64,000 nucleotides of DNA from an uncultured Clostridia bacterium (GTDB taxonomy: Bacteria; Bacillota; Clostridia; Christensenellales; Borkfalkiaceae), in the NCBI GenBank assembly GCA_944362555.1, contig CALVTL010000006.1:2318-66317 (forward strand), given 5' to 3'. Position numbers and translations under genes: made by a program. Below the pieces are notes generated by a model. That model worked only from the letters and a program-made list of their open reading frames with translations. It ran no database searches and was not told the DNA's origin. This document shows, piece by piece, positions 46,269-56,069 of this stretch (position 1 is its first letter; the number at the start of each line of letters is the position of its first letter).

Positions 46269-47276
46269 TCAGTTGCCGAGCATCTTCTCGATGCCGATGC
46301 CGTAGCCGCGCGTCGGATCGTTGAGAAAGACGTGCGTGACGGCGCCGATGAGCTTGCCGTTCTGCACGATGGGACTGCCGCTCATGCCCTGCACGATGCC
46401 GCCCGTCTCCCGCAGCAGCTCCTCGTCCGTCACCTTGATGACGAAGTTTTTGTTGCTCTTGTTCCCCGCATCCACCTTGGCAATGGCAATGTCATATTCG
46501 CGCGGCTCCACGCCGTCCACCGTCGAATAGATGACCGCCCGCCCGATGGTCGCCTGCGAAATGGGCGCCGCCTCCACCGTCACAGCGTCGGAAAAGTCGT
46601 ACCCGTCTGCGAATTTCCCATAGAGCCCCGTCTCGCACACCTTGTCCGCATCGGCAATATGCTCGCCGCTCAACACCATCCCGCGCAGCTCGCCCGCCTT
46701 GCCGCGCTCGCCGCGGCTCACCCCGACGATGCTGCACCGATAGACGAACGCATCCGCAAGCGCGAAGGACGTCTTGTTCTCATCGCACACGGCGTGCCCG
46801 AGCGCACCAAACCGCCCGCTGCCCTTTTCAACATACGTCACCGTCCCGATGCCCGAGAGCGTATCGCGGATGAGGATGCCAATCTTGTACTTCCCGTCCT
46901 TTTCGTCGCGCGGGGGCTTTATGCGAAAGCGCAGCGTCTCCCCGTCCCGCTTGACAAAAAACTCCGTCTCCTTCCCCGCGCCGAGCGCGAGCGCGTCGCC
47001 GAGCTCGGAGACGGTGCGCGTGGCGATGCCGTCCGCCGCGACGATGAGATCGCCCGTCTGCATCCCCGCCTCCCGCGCGGGACAGCAAACCCCTTCCCCC
47101 GCAGCCACCTCCTTGAAGGCGACGATCTCCACGCCGTTGGCGGAGAGCGAAAACCCCGCCGTCATTCCCCCGAGATAGTACTGCGTTCCCGCTGCGTCCG
47201 CCCGCACCCCCGCGCCCCCGAGGACGACGAGCACGGAGAGCAGCGCGCCTGCGGCAAAAAATTTCAGCTTGCGCAT
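46269..47276 (-). CDS. spoIVB: SpoIVB peptidase (S55)
   Basis: PDZ region followed by GTVTY..GALGH..GMSGSPI catalytic motifs; ATG at 47276 has SD ggagg. Confidence 0.85.
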   Translation of the reverse strand: MRKLKFFAAGALLSVLVVLGGAGVRADAAGTQYYLGGMTAGFSLSANGVEIVAFKEVAAGEGVCCPAREAGMQTGDLIVAADGIATRTVSELGDALALGAGKETEFFVKRDGETLRFRIKPPRDEKDGKYKIGILIRDTLSGIGTVTYVEKGSGRFGALGHAVCDENKTSFALADAFVYRCSIVGVSRGERGKAGELRGMVLSGEHIADADKVCETGLYGKFADGYDFSDAVTVEAAPISQATIGRAVIYSTVDGVEPREYDIAIAKVDAGNKSNKNFVIKVTDEELLRETGGIVQGMSGSPIVQNGKLIGAVTHVFLNDPTRGYGIGIEKMLGN

Positions 47277-47370
47277 TCCGACCTCCCATGATACGAAAGT
47301 CAGTTTGCGCAAGCCGACGCCCTTTTATTCCAAATCTATAAGATGATTTAACGCCCGTTCCCCGAACGGC

Positions 47371-49074
47371 TCATTGCGCCGCGAGGGTGCGCTTGAATTG
47401 CGCCGCGCTCTCCAAAAGTTCCTCCGCGTGCTTCATCGCCGCCGCGCTCTGCGTATCGCCGCCGATGAGACGGGCGATCTCTTCCACGCGCGCCGCGCCA
47501 TCCACGGCACGGATGACGGTGAACGTCCGCCCCTCCGCCTCCCGCTTTTCAATATAGTACTCCCTGTCCGCGAACGAGGCGATCTGCGCAAGATGGGAGA
47601 CGGCGAGGATCTGCACGTTTCGGGCGATCTTGCAGAATTTTTCGCCCACAACGCGCGCCGTTCTGCCGCCGATACCCGCGTCGATCTCGTCAAAAATGTA
47701 CGTTCCGATGGTATTGACCACCGAGAGCTGCGTCTTGACGGCGAGCATGAAGCGGCTCATTTCGCCGCCGCTGATGATCTTGCCGAGCTCCTTTACAGGC
47801 TCGCCCGCGTTCGCGGAAAAGAGGAACACGGCGCCGCCCAGCCCTTCCGAAGTCGCATTCGGAACGTCCTCTCTCGAAAATTCCCCCAGCCTGATTTCAA
47901 ACTGCGGCGAGGAGATGTTGAGGGTCTTGAGCTCCTTTACAACGCGCGCCGTGAACTGCGCGGCAGCCGCCTTGCGCGCGTCGGCGAGCGCGCAGCAGGA
48001 GGAATAGATGGCGTCCTCCACCGCCTGAAGCTGTTTTCCGAGCACCTCGAAGCGCGCGTCGCTGTCAAGCAGCAGCTCGTAGTCGGCACGCGCCCGCTCC
48101 AAAAACGCGATAGCGGCGGCAATGCTTCCGCCATACTTCTTTTTTAAGGAACGCAGTTCGTCGAGGCGCGCTTCGACGCGCTCCGCCTCCCGCTCGTCGA
48201 TGTCGAGCTCCTCTAAAAGATCTTCCGCCGAGGCGGCGATGTCCTCCGCCTCCGCCGCGGCGTTCTCCAGACGGTCGGCAAGCGCGGCATAGCGCTCGTC
48301 GAGACGGGCGACGGCGGAAATGCTCCGCCCCGCGCCGCGCAGCGTATCGGCGCTCCCGCCGTCCTCCGCGAGCATCCCGCGCACCGCCGAGAGCGCCTCG
48401 ACGATCTTCTCCGCATTGCGGAATTTATCGCGAAAGGCGAGCAGTTCCTCCTCCTCGCCCTCACGCAGTTCCGCGCGCTCGATCTCCTCGATCTGGAATT
48501 TGAGAATGTCCATGCGGCGCTCGCGCTCCCCCGCGTCTCCGCCCAGGGCTTCGCGGTCGGCGAGAAGGTGTTTCCGCTCGGAAAGCTGTCCCGCAAGCAC
48601 TTTTTTGACGGAGGCGACGGGCTCTCCCGCCACTTCGTCGAGGAGCTTCAACTGATTGGACTCCTTCAGCAAATAAAAGTGTTCGCTCTGCCCGTGCACA
48701 TCGACAAGCAGGGACGTGATGCGCCGCAGCATGGAGGACGTCACCGCGCTCCCGTTGACGCGCAGCGTGCTCTTGCCGTCGGCGGTCAGCTTGCGCGAAA
48801 GAAGCAGCGTCTCCCCCTCCTCAATGTCGAACTCGCCGAGCAGTTCCCCGATGCGCGCGTCGTCCGTTATAAACTCCGCCTGCACCGCGCAGAACGCCTC
48901 TCCCGAGCGGATGAGCCCCCTGTCCGCCTTGGCGCCCAACACAAAGTCGATGGCGTCGAGGATTACGGATTTTCCCGCGCCCGTCTCGCCGGAGAGAACG
49001 TTGAGCCCCTCCGAAAATTCCAACTCCTCCCGTTCGATGAGCGCAACGTTTTGTAGGAATAATCTTTGCAGCAT
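47371..49074 (-). CDS. recN: DNA repair protein RecN
   Basis: GETGAGKS Walker A, long coiled coil, SGGEMSR signature and FDEIDAGIGG. Confidence 0.9.
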   Translation of the reverse strand: MLQRLFLQNVALIEREELEFSEGLNVLSGETGAGKSVILDAIDFVLGAKADRGLIRSGEAFCAVQAEFITDDARIGELLGEFDIEEGETLLLSRKLTADGKSTLRVNGSAVTSSMLRRITSLLVDVHGQSEHFYLLKESNQLKLLDEVAGEPVASVKKVLAGQLSERKHLLADREALGGDAGERERRMDILKFQIEEIERAELREGEEEELLAFRDKFRNAEKIVEALSAVRGMLAEDGGSADTLRGAGRSISAVARLDERYAALADRLENAAAEAEDIAASAEDLLEELDIDEREAERVEARLDELRSLKKKYGGSIAAAIAFLERARADYELLLDSDARFEVLGKQLQAVEDAIYSSCCALADARKAAAAQFTARVVKELKTLNISSPQFEIRLGEFSREDVPNATSEGLGGAVFLFSANAGEPVKELGKIISGGEMSRFMLAVKTQLSVVNTIGTYIFDEIDAGIGGRTARVVGEKFCKIARNVQILAVSHLAQIASFADREYYIEKREAEGRTFTVIRAVDGAARVEEIARLIGGDTQSAAAMKHAEELLESAAQFKRTLAAQ

Positions 49075-49075
49075 A

Positions 49076-49531
49076 TCAACCCTTCACGATGGCAGAGAGC
49101 CTGTCCGAGACCGATCTGCACTGTTCGGACGTCTCACAAATGAGAAGAACGGTGTCGTCCCCCGCGATGGAGCCGGCGACTTCTTCGTAATTGAGTTCAT
49201 CGATGACGACGCCCGCATTGGCGCCGCTTCCAGGGAGCGTCTTTATGAGGATGAGGTTGTTCACGGGGCGGATGCTCTGCACGCAGGTGGAAAAGAGCGC
49301 GCGCATCTTGTCGGTGATGCCGCTCTCGTTTTCGCGGATGCAGGCGTAGCGGAAACGCTTTTCCTTGCCGCGCACCTTAAAAAGGCGCAGGTCTTTGACG
49401 TCGCGCGAGACGGTCGCCTGCGTCACGGGAAAGCCGCGAGCGGAGAGTTCCGCGCACAGCTCCTCCTGCGTTTCGATCTCCTTCTCCTCGATGAGGGAGA
49501 GAATGGCTTCGTGCCGAAGATTTCTGGACAT
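49076..49531 (-). CDS. argR: Arginine repressor
   Basis: QATVSRD HTH and C-terminal GSIAGDDT motif. Confidence 0.9.
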   Translation of the reverse strand: MSRNLRHEAILSLIEEKEIETQEELCAELSARGFPVTQATVSRDVKDLRLFKVRGKEKRFRYACIRENESGITDKMRALFSTCVQSIRPVNNLILIKTLPGSGANAGVVIDELNYEEVAGSIAGDDTVLLICETSEQCRSVSDRLSAIVKG

Positions 49532-49543
49532 ATTTTTCCTCGT

Positions 49544-50344
49544 TCAGTTGATTTTTTGGGTAAGACGGCGGAAGTATTCGCTCAATCCGCGCGTTAAAAA
49601 GGTGACGCCACGCTTTGCCTTGCGCACGGTGAGCGTATCGGACGCCCCCGCCTCGCCCAAAAAGACGCCGTCTCCGTAGAGAACGAGCGCACCCTGCGGC
49701 AGGGAAAAGCCGAGCTCGCTCCTATCCGAGCAGGCGATGGGACGGCTGCGCATGGAAAAGGCGCACACGGGCGTGAGCTGAAAGGCGGCGCAGTCGGGCG
49801 TTAAGATGCTCCCGCCCGCCGAAAGCGAATAGGCGGTCGAGCCCGTCGGCGTGGAGACGATGAGCCCGTCGGCGGTAAATTCACCCGCGTGGCTCCCGTC
49901 GATGGTCACGGAGATGGTGACGACTTTGTTGTCGCACCCCGGGGCGACGGGATGAAGCAGGGCAAGTTCGTTGAGACACTCGAACGTCCTGCCGTTGAGT
50001 TCCGCCTCCAGCATGGAGCGCTCCAACCGCGCGCAGTTCTCGTCGAGAATGAGCGGAACGGCGGAAAAGCACTCCTCCTTCTCAAACTCCGTCAGAAAGC
50101 CGAGATGCCCGAAATTCACCCCCATGATGGGGATGTTCATGGCGGAGGCGCGCTTTGCGACGCGCAGGATGGTGCCGTCGCCGCCGAGGACGAGCAGGCG
50201 TTCCACCTTCCCCACCTCCTCCATCCCGGAAAAGACGTCGGCTTGGTGCCCGCGCTCTGTGACCGCCTGCGCAAGCGCGCACGCAACGGAGCGTTCTGCC
50301 TGTTTGCTGTTGTAAAAGATCCCGATCTTCATTTCCGATGACAC
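49544..50344 (-). CDS. nadK: NAD kinase
   Basis: LGGDGT, NFGHLGFL and STPTGSTAYSLSAGG motifs. Confidence 0.9.
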   Translation of the reverse strand: MSSEMKIGIFYNSKQAERSVACALAQAVTERGHQADVFSGMEEVGKVERLLVLGGDGTILRVAKRASAMNIPIMGVNFGHLGFLTEFEKEECFSAVPLILDENCARLERSMLEAELNGRTFECLNELALLHPVAPGCDNKVVTISVTIDGSHAGEFTADGLIVSTPTGSTAYSLSAGGSILTPDCAAFQLTPVCAFSMRSRPIACSDRSELGFSLPQGALVLYGDGVFLGEAGASDTLTVRKAKRGVTFLTRGLSEYFRRLTQKIN

Positions 50345-50406
50345 TTTGCCCGCGTTGAGGGCGCGGCGCTCCCGCTCCCGGGCGCGCCGAAATACAATAT
50401 GGTTAT

Positions 50407-50435
50407 ATTATACAATAACGCCTGCATATATGCAA
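50407..50435 (-). promoter_or_regulatory. nadK-argR-recN promoter TTGCAT-17-TATAAT, with the -35 inside the tlyA terminator hairpin
   Basis: Read directly. Confidence 0.55.
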
Positions 50436-50452
50436 GCGTTTTCGCAAAATTT

Positions 50453-51220
50453 TTATTCCCTTCCGAGCGCCTGCGTGACGCGCAGAAAATGCTCGGGCGG
50501 GACGGGCTGCCCGTCCTTGACGAGCTGCACGACGTATTCAATGTTCTTGCGCGGCAGGATGGGCGCGGGAACGACGGCGCACGGCGCCAGCCGCTGCGTG
50601 AGACAGAACGCATAAAAATCGGCGAGCAGCGCACGGTGGTACTTTGCGGGCAGAATGCCGCCCTTTCCGAGCCCGCGCCCTCCGCATTCAAACTGCGGCT
50701 TGAAGAGCACGAACGCCCTTCCACCCTCCCGCAGAAGGCAGGAGACGGCGGGCAGGATGAGCTTTAAGGAGATAAAGCTCAAGTCGGAGACGACGCCGTC
50801 GAGCGGCTCGGGAAATTGCCCGGGCGTGAGATAACGCGCGTTGGTCTCGTCCATGACGACGACGCGCGCATCCTCCGCAAGCGAGGGCGCAAGCTGCGCC
50901 CTTCCGACGTCCACCGCATAGACGCGGCGCACCCCGCGCGATAGGAGCACCTCGGTGAACCCGCCCGTGCTCGCGCCCAGATCTGCGAACACATCGCCCT
51001 CCACGCGCACGCCGAAGGCGTCCAACCCGCGCGCGAGCTTGTTCGCCCCGCGCGAAACGTGCACTTCCCCCGCATCGAGAAAGGTGAACGCATCCCCCTC
51101 GCGCACGTCGTCGGAGGGAGAGAGCGGCTTGCCCGCGCGCAGCACGAGCCCACGCAGCAGCGCGTCCTTTGCACGCGTGCGCGAACCGAATTTTTCCGCA
51201 AAAAAACTATCCGCGCGCAT
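50453..51220 (-). CDS. tlyA: TlyA-family rRNA 2-prime-O-methyltransferase
   Basis: S4-like N-terminus then DLGASTGGFT SAM motif and DLSFISL; start set at MRADSFF. Confidence 0.85.
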   Translation of the reverse strand: MRADSFFAEKFGSRTRAKDALLRGLVLRAGKPLSPSDDVREGDAFTFLDAGEVHVSRGANKLARGLDAFGVRVEGDVFADLGASTGGFTEVLLSRGVRRVYAVDVGRAQLAPSLAEDARVVVMDETNARYLTPGQFPEPLDGVVSDLSFISLKLILPAVSCLLREGGRAFVLFKPQFECGGRGLGKGGILPAKYHRALLADFYAFCLTQRLAPCAVVPAPILPRKNIEYVVQLVKDGQPVPPEHFLRVTQALGRE

Positions 51221-52928
51221 GGCATTCCATGATATAGGCAAGGATGGATTCAAAATCCAGCCCGAAGTCGCGCGCAAGCTCCTGCGCCTGCCCGTGCGGG
51301 ATGAACGCGTCGCGGTAGCCGAACGAACGAAGGACGCGCTCCTGTGCAAGCCCCGCCTCCCGCAGAACGCGCGCAACGGCGTCGCCCAGCCCGCCCGCAA
51401 GCACGTTGTCCTCCAGCGTGATGAGGTATTTTTCATTGCGGGACAAGATCATCTCCCGATCGACGGGTTTTACAAAGCGCGCGTTGACAACGGAGCAGCA
51501 AACGCCCCGCTCCGACGCCGCCGCATACAGCCGCTCGGCAAGACGGAGGCAGCGTTCCCCTGCCGCATAGATTATTATTTCAGACATATTACTATGCAAA
51601 AGCTCAAATTTCAACATTTCAAAGTCGCCGAGCTCCCCTTCCTCCCCCTCACGCGGGTAACGGATAGCGAGCGGCCCCGAAAAATTCACGCTCGCGCGGA
51701 GCATGGCGCGGAACTCTGCTATATTTTTCGGCACCGCTATGACGAGATTGGGAATGGGTGAGAGATAGGATAGGTCGAACACGCCCTGATGGGTCTCCCC
51801 GTCCGCACCCGTCACGCCCGCGCGGTCGATGCAGAAGGTCACGGGCAATTTCTGCCCGCAGATGTCGTGTATGATCTCATCGTAGGCGCGCTGCAAAAAG
51901 GTGGAGTAGATGGCATAGTAAGGGCGCATCCCCTCCGTCGCCAGCGCCGCGCACAGCACGCAGGCGTGCTCTTCGCAGATGCCGACGTCAAACGCGCGTC
52001 CGGGAAATTCGCGGAAGAAGGGACGCAGCCCCAAGGCGTCCGTCATGGCGGCAGTCACCGCGACAACGCGTCCGTCGCGCCTTGCGAGCGCCGTCAGCTC
52101 CTCACCGAGCGCCGTGGAATATTCCGCGCCCGATTTCCCGAGGGAGATGCCGTGCGTGCGCTCGGGCTCCCGCTCGCAGAACGCAAAGCCCTGTCCCTTG
52201 CGCGTCGAAACGTGCAGCAGTACGCTCCCCGACGCAAGCGCTTTTTTGGCGCTTTGCAGGGCGGGCAGCAGCTCCTCCAGATCGTTCCCGTTGTACACGC
52301 CCATGTAGGTGAGCCCGTACCGCTCGAACAGCGCGACGTCCTCGATGGGCGCGTCCCCCTCCTTCATCTCGCTCAACAGTTCGTGCGTGCCGCCCACCGT
52401 GGGCGAAATGGACATCCCGTTATCGTTCAGAATGATGAGAACGCGGGTATTGAGGATCTTCAGGCTGTTGAGCGCCTCATAGATGAGCCCGTTATGAAAG
52501 GAGCCGTCGCCGACGAGCGCAATGACGTTGAAGGCGGCGTTTTTTAAGTCGCGCGCCTTGGCGATGCCGAGCGCCGCGGAGACGGCAGTTCCCGCGTGCC
52601 CCGTCTCATAACAGTCGTATTCGCTCTCCCCGCGCTTGGGAAATCCCGAAAGCCCGCCGCGGCTGCGCAGCGTGGAGAACGCCGCAGCCCGTCCGGAGAG
52701 CAGTTTGTGCGTATAGCATTGATGCCCGACGTCGAACACGATCTTGTCCGTCGGAAAATCAAAGACGCGATGCAGCGCCACGGTGAGCTCCACCACGCCG
52801 AGGTTGGACGCGAGATGCCCGCCGCGCACCGAGACCGTATCGACGATCTCCTCGCGCAACGTCTCGCATATCTCCCGCAATCGGGGAAGGGACGCCTCCT
52901 TCAGCTCCCCGCTCGAAATATTTTTCAT
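51207..52928 (-). CDS. dxs: 1-deoxy-D-xylulose-5-phosphate synthase
   Basis: GGHLASNLG, GHAGT, GDG..NG.. and IRYPR motifs; start at MKNISS. Confidence 0.9.
   Translation of the reverse strand: MKNISSGELKEASLPRLREICETLREEIVDTVSVRGGHLASNLGVVELTVALHRVFDFPTDKIVFDVGHQCYTHKLLSGRAAAFSTLRSRGGLSGFPKRGESEYDCYETGHAGTAVSAALGIAKARDLKNAAFNVIALVGDGSFHNGLIYEALNSLKILNTRVLIILNDNGMSISPTVGGTHELLSEMKEGDAPIEDVALFERYGLTYMGVYNGNDLEELLPALQSAKKALASGSVLLHVSTRKGQGFAFCEREPERTHGISLGKSGAEYSTALGEELTALARRDGRVVAVTAAMTDALGLRPFFREFPGRAFDVGICEEHACVLCAALATEGMRPYYAIYSTFLQRAYDEIIHDICGQKLPVTFCIDRAGVTGADGETHQGVFDLSYLSPIPNLVIAVPKNIAEFRAMLRASVNFSGPLAIRYPREGEEGELGDFEMLKFELLHSNMSEIIIYAAGERCLRLAERLYAAASERGVCCSVVNARFVKPVDREMILSRNEKYLITLEDNVLAGGLGDAVARVLREAGLAQERVLRSFGYRDAFIPHGQAQELARDFGLDFESILAYIMECHARG
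51570..51597. repeat. Palindromic element copy 5 (core TATTTCAGACATA, 1 mismatch), inside dxs
   Basis: Read directly; encodes ..HSNMSEIIIY.. of Dxs within an AT-rich patch of about 60 nt. Confidence 0.8.
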
Positions 52929-52941
52929 CCGATCGCCCCCT

Positions 52942-53814
52942 TTAACGGTCTCTTCCGCGGACATACCCCACCATATCCGCCAGGAATCCGCCCTCCGCAC
53001 CCGTCATCGTGTGTAAAATTTGCAGGCATCTGCACGCCGCATCGTCGGCGCGTTCGCGCGCACCCGCAATGCCGTACACCTTGACGGCGGTGAGCTTATC
53101 CTCCTCCGCGTCCTTTCCGACCGACTTCCCGAGCGCAGCAGCACTCCCCGTCGCGTCGAGGACGTCGTCGACGAGCTGAAAGAGCGCGCCGAGGCAGAGC
53201 CCGAATCCCTCCGCCTTTTCCACGTCCTTCCCCGCGAGCGCGGCAGCCATCATGAGGGGCGCGGCAATGAGCCGCCCCGTCTTATTGCGGTAGATGTCGA
53301 GCAGTTCCTTCTCTCCGCCCGCGCCCCCCGTGCACAACAAATCGAGCGATTGTCCCGCGACCATCCCCTCGGCACCCGCAGCCTTGGAGAGGATCTGCGC
53401 CGCGCGCAGGTGCGCGCCGTCCCGCCCCGCCTCCGAAAGTAATATATCAAAGGCGTAGGAGAGCAGCGCGTCCCCCGCAAGGATGGCGTTTGCCTCGCCG
53501 AACACTTTGTGATTGGACGGCCGCCCGCGGCGAAGATCGTCGTTGTCCATCGCGGGAAGATCGTCGTGGATGAGCGAATAGGTGTGGATGCACTCCACGG
53601 CAAAGGCGAGCGCCTCCTCCCCTGAAAATCTTGCGCCGAAGGTCTCGAGCGCGGAAAAAAAGAGCACGGGGCGCACGCGCTTCCCGCCCGAAAGGAGCGA
53701 GTAGCGCATACTCTCCGTGAGGATCTTCGTCTCAAAAACCATACCCGTGCACGTTTTTTGCAGATATTCTTCAAAATGCACGCGGTAAATTTCGTATTGT
53801 GCGGAAAAATTCAT
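52942..53814 (-). CDS. ispA: Polyprenyl (farnesyl/geranylgeranyl) diphosphate synthase
   Basis: First and second Asp-rich motifs (IHDDLPAMDNDDLRRG and VDDVLD). Confidence 0.85.
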   Translation of the reverse strand: MNFSAQYEIYRVHFEEYLQKTCTGMVFETKILTESMRYSLLSGGKRVRPVLFFSALETFGARFSGEEALAFAVECIHTYSLIHDDLPAMDNDDLRRGRPSNHKVFGEANAILAGDALLSYAFDILLSEAGRDGAHLRAAQILSKAAGAEGMVAGQSLDLLCTGGAGGEKELLDIYRNKTGRLIAAPLMMAAALAGKDVEKAEGFGLCLGALFQLVDDVLDATGSAAALGKSVGKDAEEDKLTAVKVYGIAGARERADDAACRCLQILHTMTGAEGGFLADMVGYVRGRDR

Positions 53815-54656
53815 GCAAGCTGCCTCCGCGCACAGGTGAGCGTGTTCATCATGAGCATGGCGATGGTCATGGGCCCCACTCCCCCGGGAACGGGCGTGAT
53901 GAGGGAGGCCTTGGGCGCAACGTTCTCAAAGTCGACGTCGCCCGCAAGTTTGCCGTCCACGCGGTTGATGCCGACGTCGATGACGACGGCGCCCTCCTTC
54001 ACCATATCGGCGGTGACAAAACGCGGCTTTCCGATGGCGGCGACGAGCACGTCCGCCTCCGCGCAGATCTTCGCAAGATCCTGCGTCCTGGAATGGCAGA
54101 CGGTGACGGTCGCATCCGCGTTGAGCAGCAGCATCGCCATCGGCTTTCCGACGATGTTGCTCCTGCCGATGACGACGGCGCGCTTTCCGCGCAGTTCCAC
54201 GCCCGAACGGCGGAGCAGCTCCATCACGCCGAGCGGCGTGCAGGCGACCACCCCCTCCTCGCCCCGCGCGAGCAAGCCGAGGTTCTCCGCGCTGAATCCG
54301 TCCACGTCCTTTTGGGCGGGGATGCAGGCGAGCACCTTCTGCGCGTCGAGATGGGCGGGGAGCGGAAGCTGAACGAGGATGCCGTCCACGTTCTTATCCT
54401 GTGCGAGGGCGCAGACGAGCTCCTCCGCCTCCTTTTGCGTCGCCGAAGCGGGCAGATAGTGCGCAAAGGAGCGGATGCCCACCTCCTCGCACGCCTTGAT
54501 CTTGTTGCGAACGTACACCTGCGAGGCGGGATCCTCGCCGATGAGGACGACCGCCAGCCCCGCGGGGCGGCAAAGCCGCTTTTCGAGGCGCGCCGCCTCC
54601 TCTTTGAGTTCCGCGCGGATGTCCGCCGCGATGCGCTTTCCGTCGATGAGTTTCAT
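53811..54656 (-). CDS. folD: Bifunctional methylenetetrahydrofolate dehydrogenase/cyclohydrolase
   Basis: VQLPLP, GRSNIVGKP and PVPGGVGPMT motifs. Confidence 0.9.
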   Translation of the reverse strand: MKLIDGKRIAADIRAELKEEAARLEKRLCRPAGLAVVLIGEDPASQVYVRNKIKACEEVGIRSFAHYLPASATQKEAEELVCALAQDKNVDGILVQLPLPAHLDAQKVLACIPAQKDVDGFSAENLGLLARGEEGVVACTPLGVMELLRRSGVELRGKRAVVIGRSNIVGKPMAMLLLNADATVTVCHSRTQDLAKICAEADVLVAAIGKPRFVTADMVKEGAVVIDVGINRVDGKLAGDVDFENVAPKASLITPVPGGVGPMTIAMLMMNTLTCARRQLA

Positions 54657-55057
54657 TTGTTGATGACCCCTCCCAATACGCCGTTGACGAAGTCCGCCGA
54701 GCGCTCCGTCGAATATTTGCGCGCAAGCGCCGTCGCCTCCGAGACGGAGACGACGGGCGGCACGTCGTCGAGATAGCTTATCTCCGTGAGCGCCAGAAGC
54801 AGCACGGCGCGGTCGGCGGGATAGATGCGGTAATCGGCGTAGCGCGTCACCGCAGAAGAGAGCTGCGCCGAAAGTTCTTCCTTATGCGTGCGGAAGTTTT
54901 GGAAGATGCGCTCGGCAAAGGCACACTCCTCCTCGTTTAATCCCGCCTGTTTGTAGAGCGCGGCGCGGAAATTCTTCTCCCCGTCGCCGCCGAACAGGTC
55001 GGCAAAGATGGCTTTGAACGCAGCCTCGCGTGCATCGTTTCTCATAAATTTCCTCAT
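54653..55057 (-). CDS. nusB: Transcription antitermination factor NusB
   Basis: REAAFKAIF N-terminus and FVNGVLG C-terminal motif. Confidence 0.85.
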   Translation of the reverse strand: MRKFMRNDAREAAFKAIFADLFGGDGEKNFRAALYKQAGLNEEECAFAERIFQNFRTHKEELSAQLSSAVTRYADYRIYPADRAVLLLALTEISYLDDVPPVVSVSEATALARKYSTERSADFVNGVLGGVINK

Positions 55058-55123
55058 GCAAGCGTTCCCTCCCGCAAGCGAGAGGGAACGCCGCTCTTTG
55101 TATTCGCGTAAAAATTGCCCTTT

Positions 55124-55504
55124 TCAGGCGTTTGCCGTCTCCGCTGCCCCTTCCTGCTGCGCGGCGGGCGCCGCCTCTGTCTTGGGCGCGGGGAAGATGA
55201 CGCTCGTAACGTGAACGTCCACTTTGGCGATCTTATAGCTCGTCATGGACTCCACCATCTGCTTGATGGTCTGCTGGATGCGGAAGGCGAGCTCGGGCAC
55301 CTTATAGCCGTAGTGCGCGACGACGGAGATGTCCACAAAGACGCCCTCCTTTTCAAAGCACACTTTGATGCCCTTGTTCTTGGACGGGACCAGCTCGATG
55401 CCCTCCGTCTCTTTGAGGCTGAGCACGATGATGCCGCTCACAATGTCCGAGTTGTAGGTGACTTTCCCCTTCTGACCGTTTGGATTATACTTGATACTTG
55501 CCAT
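55124..55504 (-). CDS. Asp23/Gls24-family envelope stress protein
   Basis: VVSGIIVLSLKE..V.VDVHV pattern; conserved position next to nusB. Confidence 0.8.
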   Translation of the reverse strand: MASIKYNPNGQKGKVTYNSDIVSGIIVLSLKETEGIELVPSKNKGIKVCFEKEGVFVDISVVAHYGYKVPELAFRIQQTIKQMVESMTSYKIAKVDVHVTSVIFPAPKTEAAPAAQQEGAAETANA

Positions 55505-55563
55505 AACCGTCTCCTTTCTGAAACCATTATAGCACATCTTTTTGCGAATTACCACTATTTTTT

Positions 55564-56043
55564 TCAACTTTCCGCATAAACAGGCATAATAATAATGTTT
55601 CCGTCGCGGATATTGTGCTCCACTTCGAGCGCATAGAAGATTTTCGTCACCATTTCGCTCGTCAGTTCATCGGAATTGACAAAGACATTGATGTTCTCCG
55701 AGTCCCCGATGGCGACCGCCGCATCGGAAAATCCCATCGATTTGATGATGGATTCCATCACGAGCTCATCCTCCATCATCTCGACGAGCTCCTGCTTGCG
55801 CTCCACCGCGGCGGAGTATTCGTCCGTCCCCTCCTCGTAGGCGGAGATCACGCTGTCGAGCTGAACGAACTCCTCGCTGCGCGTCGAGTTGCGGTCGGCG
55901 CGGTACGTCGTGAAGTAGTTGGCTTCCACAACGGCGCCCGCGTCCTGCGTGCGCGTCCCCGCGAGCACAAAGTTGCACACCGCCGTCACGGCGAGCAGCA
56001 GCACGAGCGTGGACATGAGCGCGATCTTCTTCGTATTGGACAT
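55564..56043 (-). CDS. spoIIIAH: Stage III sporulation protein AH
   Basis: N-terminal TM, FFTTYR..R region, GFSDAAVAI motif; last gene of the spoIIIA operon. Confidence 0.7.
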   Translation of the reverse strand: MSNTKKIALMSTLVLLLAVTAVCNFVLAGTRTQDAGAVVEANYFTTYRADRNSTRSEEFVQLDSVISAYEEGTDEYSAAVERKQELVEMMEDELVMESIIKSMGFSDAAVAIGDSENINVFVNSDELTSEMVTKIFYALEVEHNIRDGNIIIMPVYAES

Positions 56044-56069
56044 AGTTCTATCTCCTTCTCAATATGATT

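Noticed and set aside
47261-47312. Duplicated start region of spoIVB (CAGCTTGCGCAT / CAGTTTGCGCAA, giving MRKL..MRKL)
   Set aside because: It is a short direct repeat. The downstream ATG (47276) has the SD and a signal-peptide-like continuation, and the upstream copy starts with TTG without an SD. I treat it as an incidental duplication.
55058-55123. Hairpin GCGTTCCCTC...GAGGGAACGC whose 3-prime arm contains the nusB SD, as a possible translational control element
   Set aside because: It is a single hairpin with no alternative structure or recognisable ligand or protein motif. It may simply be an inter-cistronic stabiliser or weak terminator after asp23. The evidence is insufficient to call it regulation.
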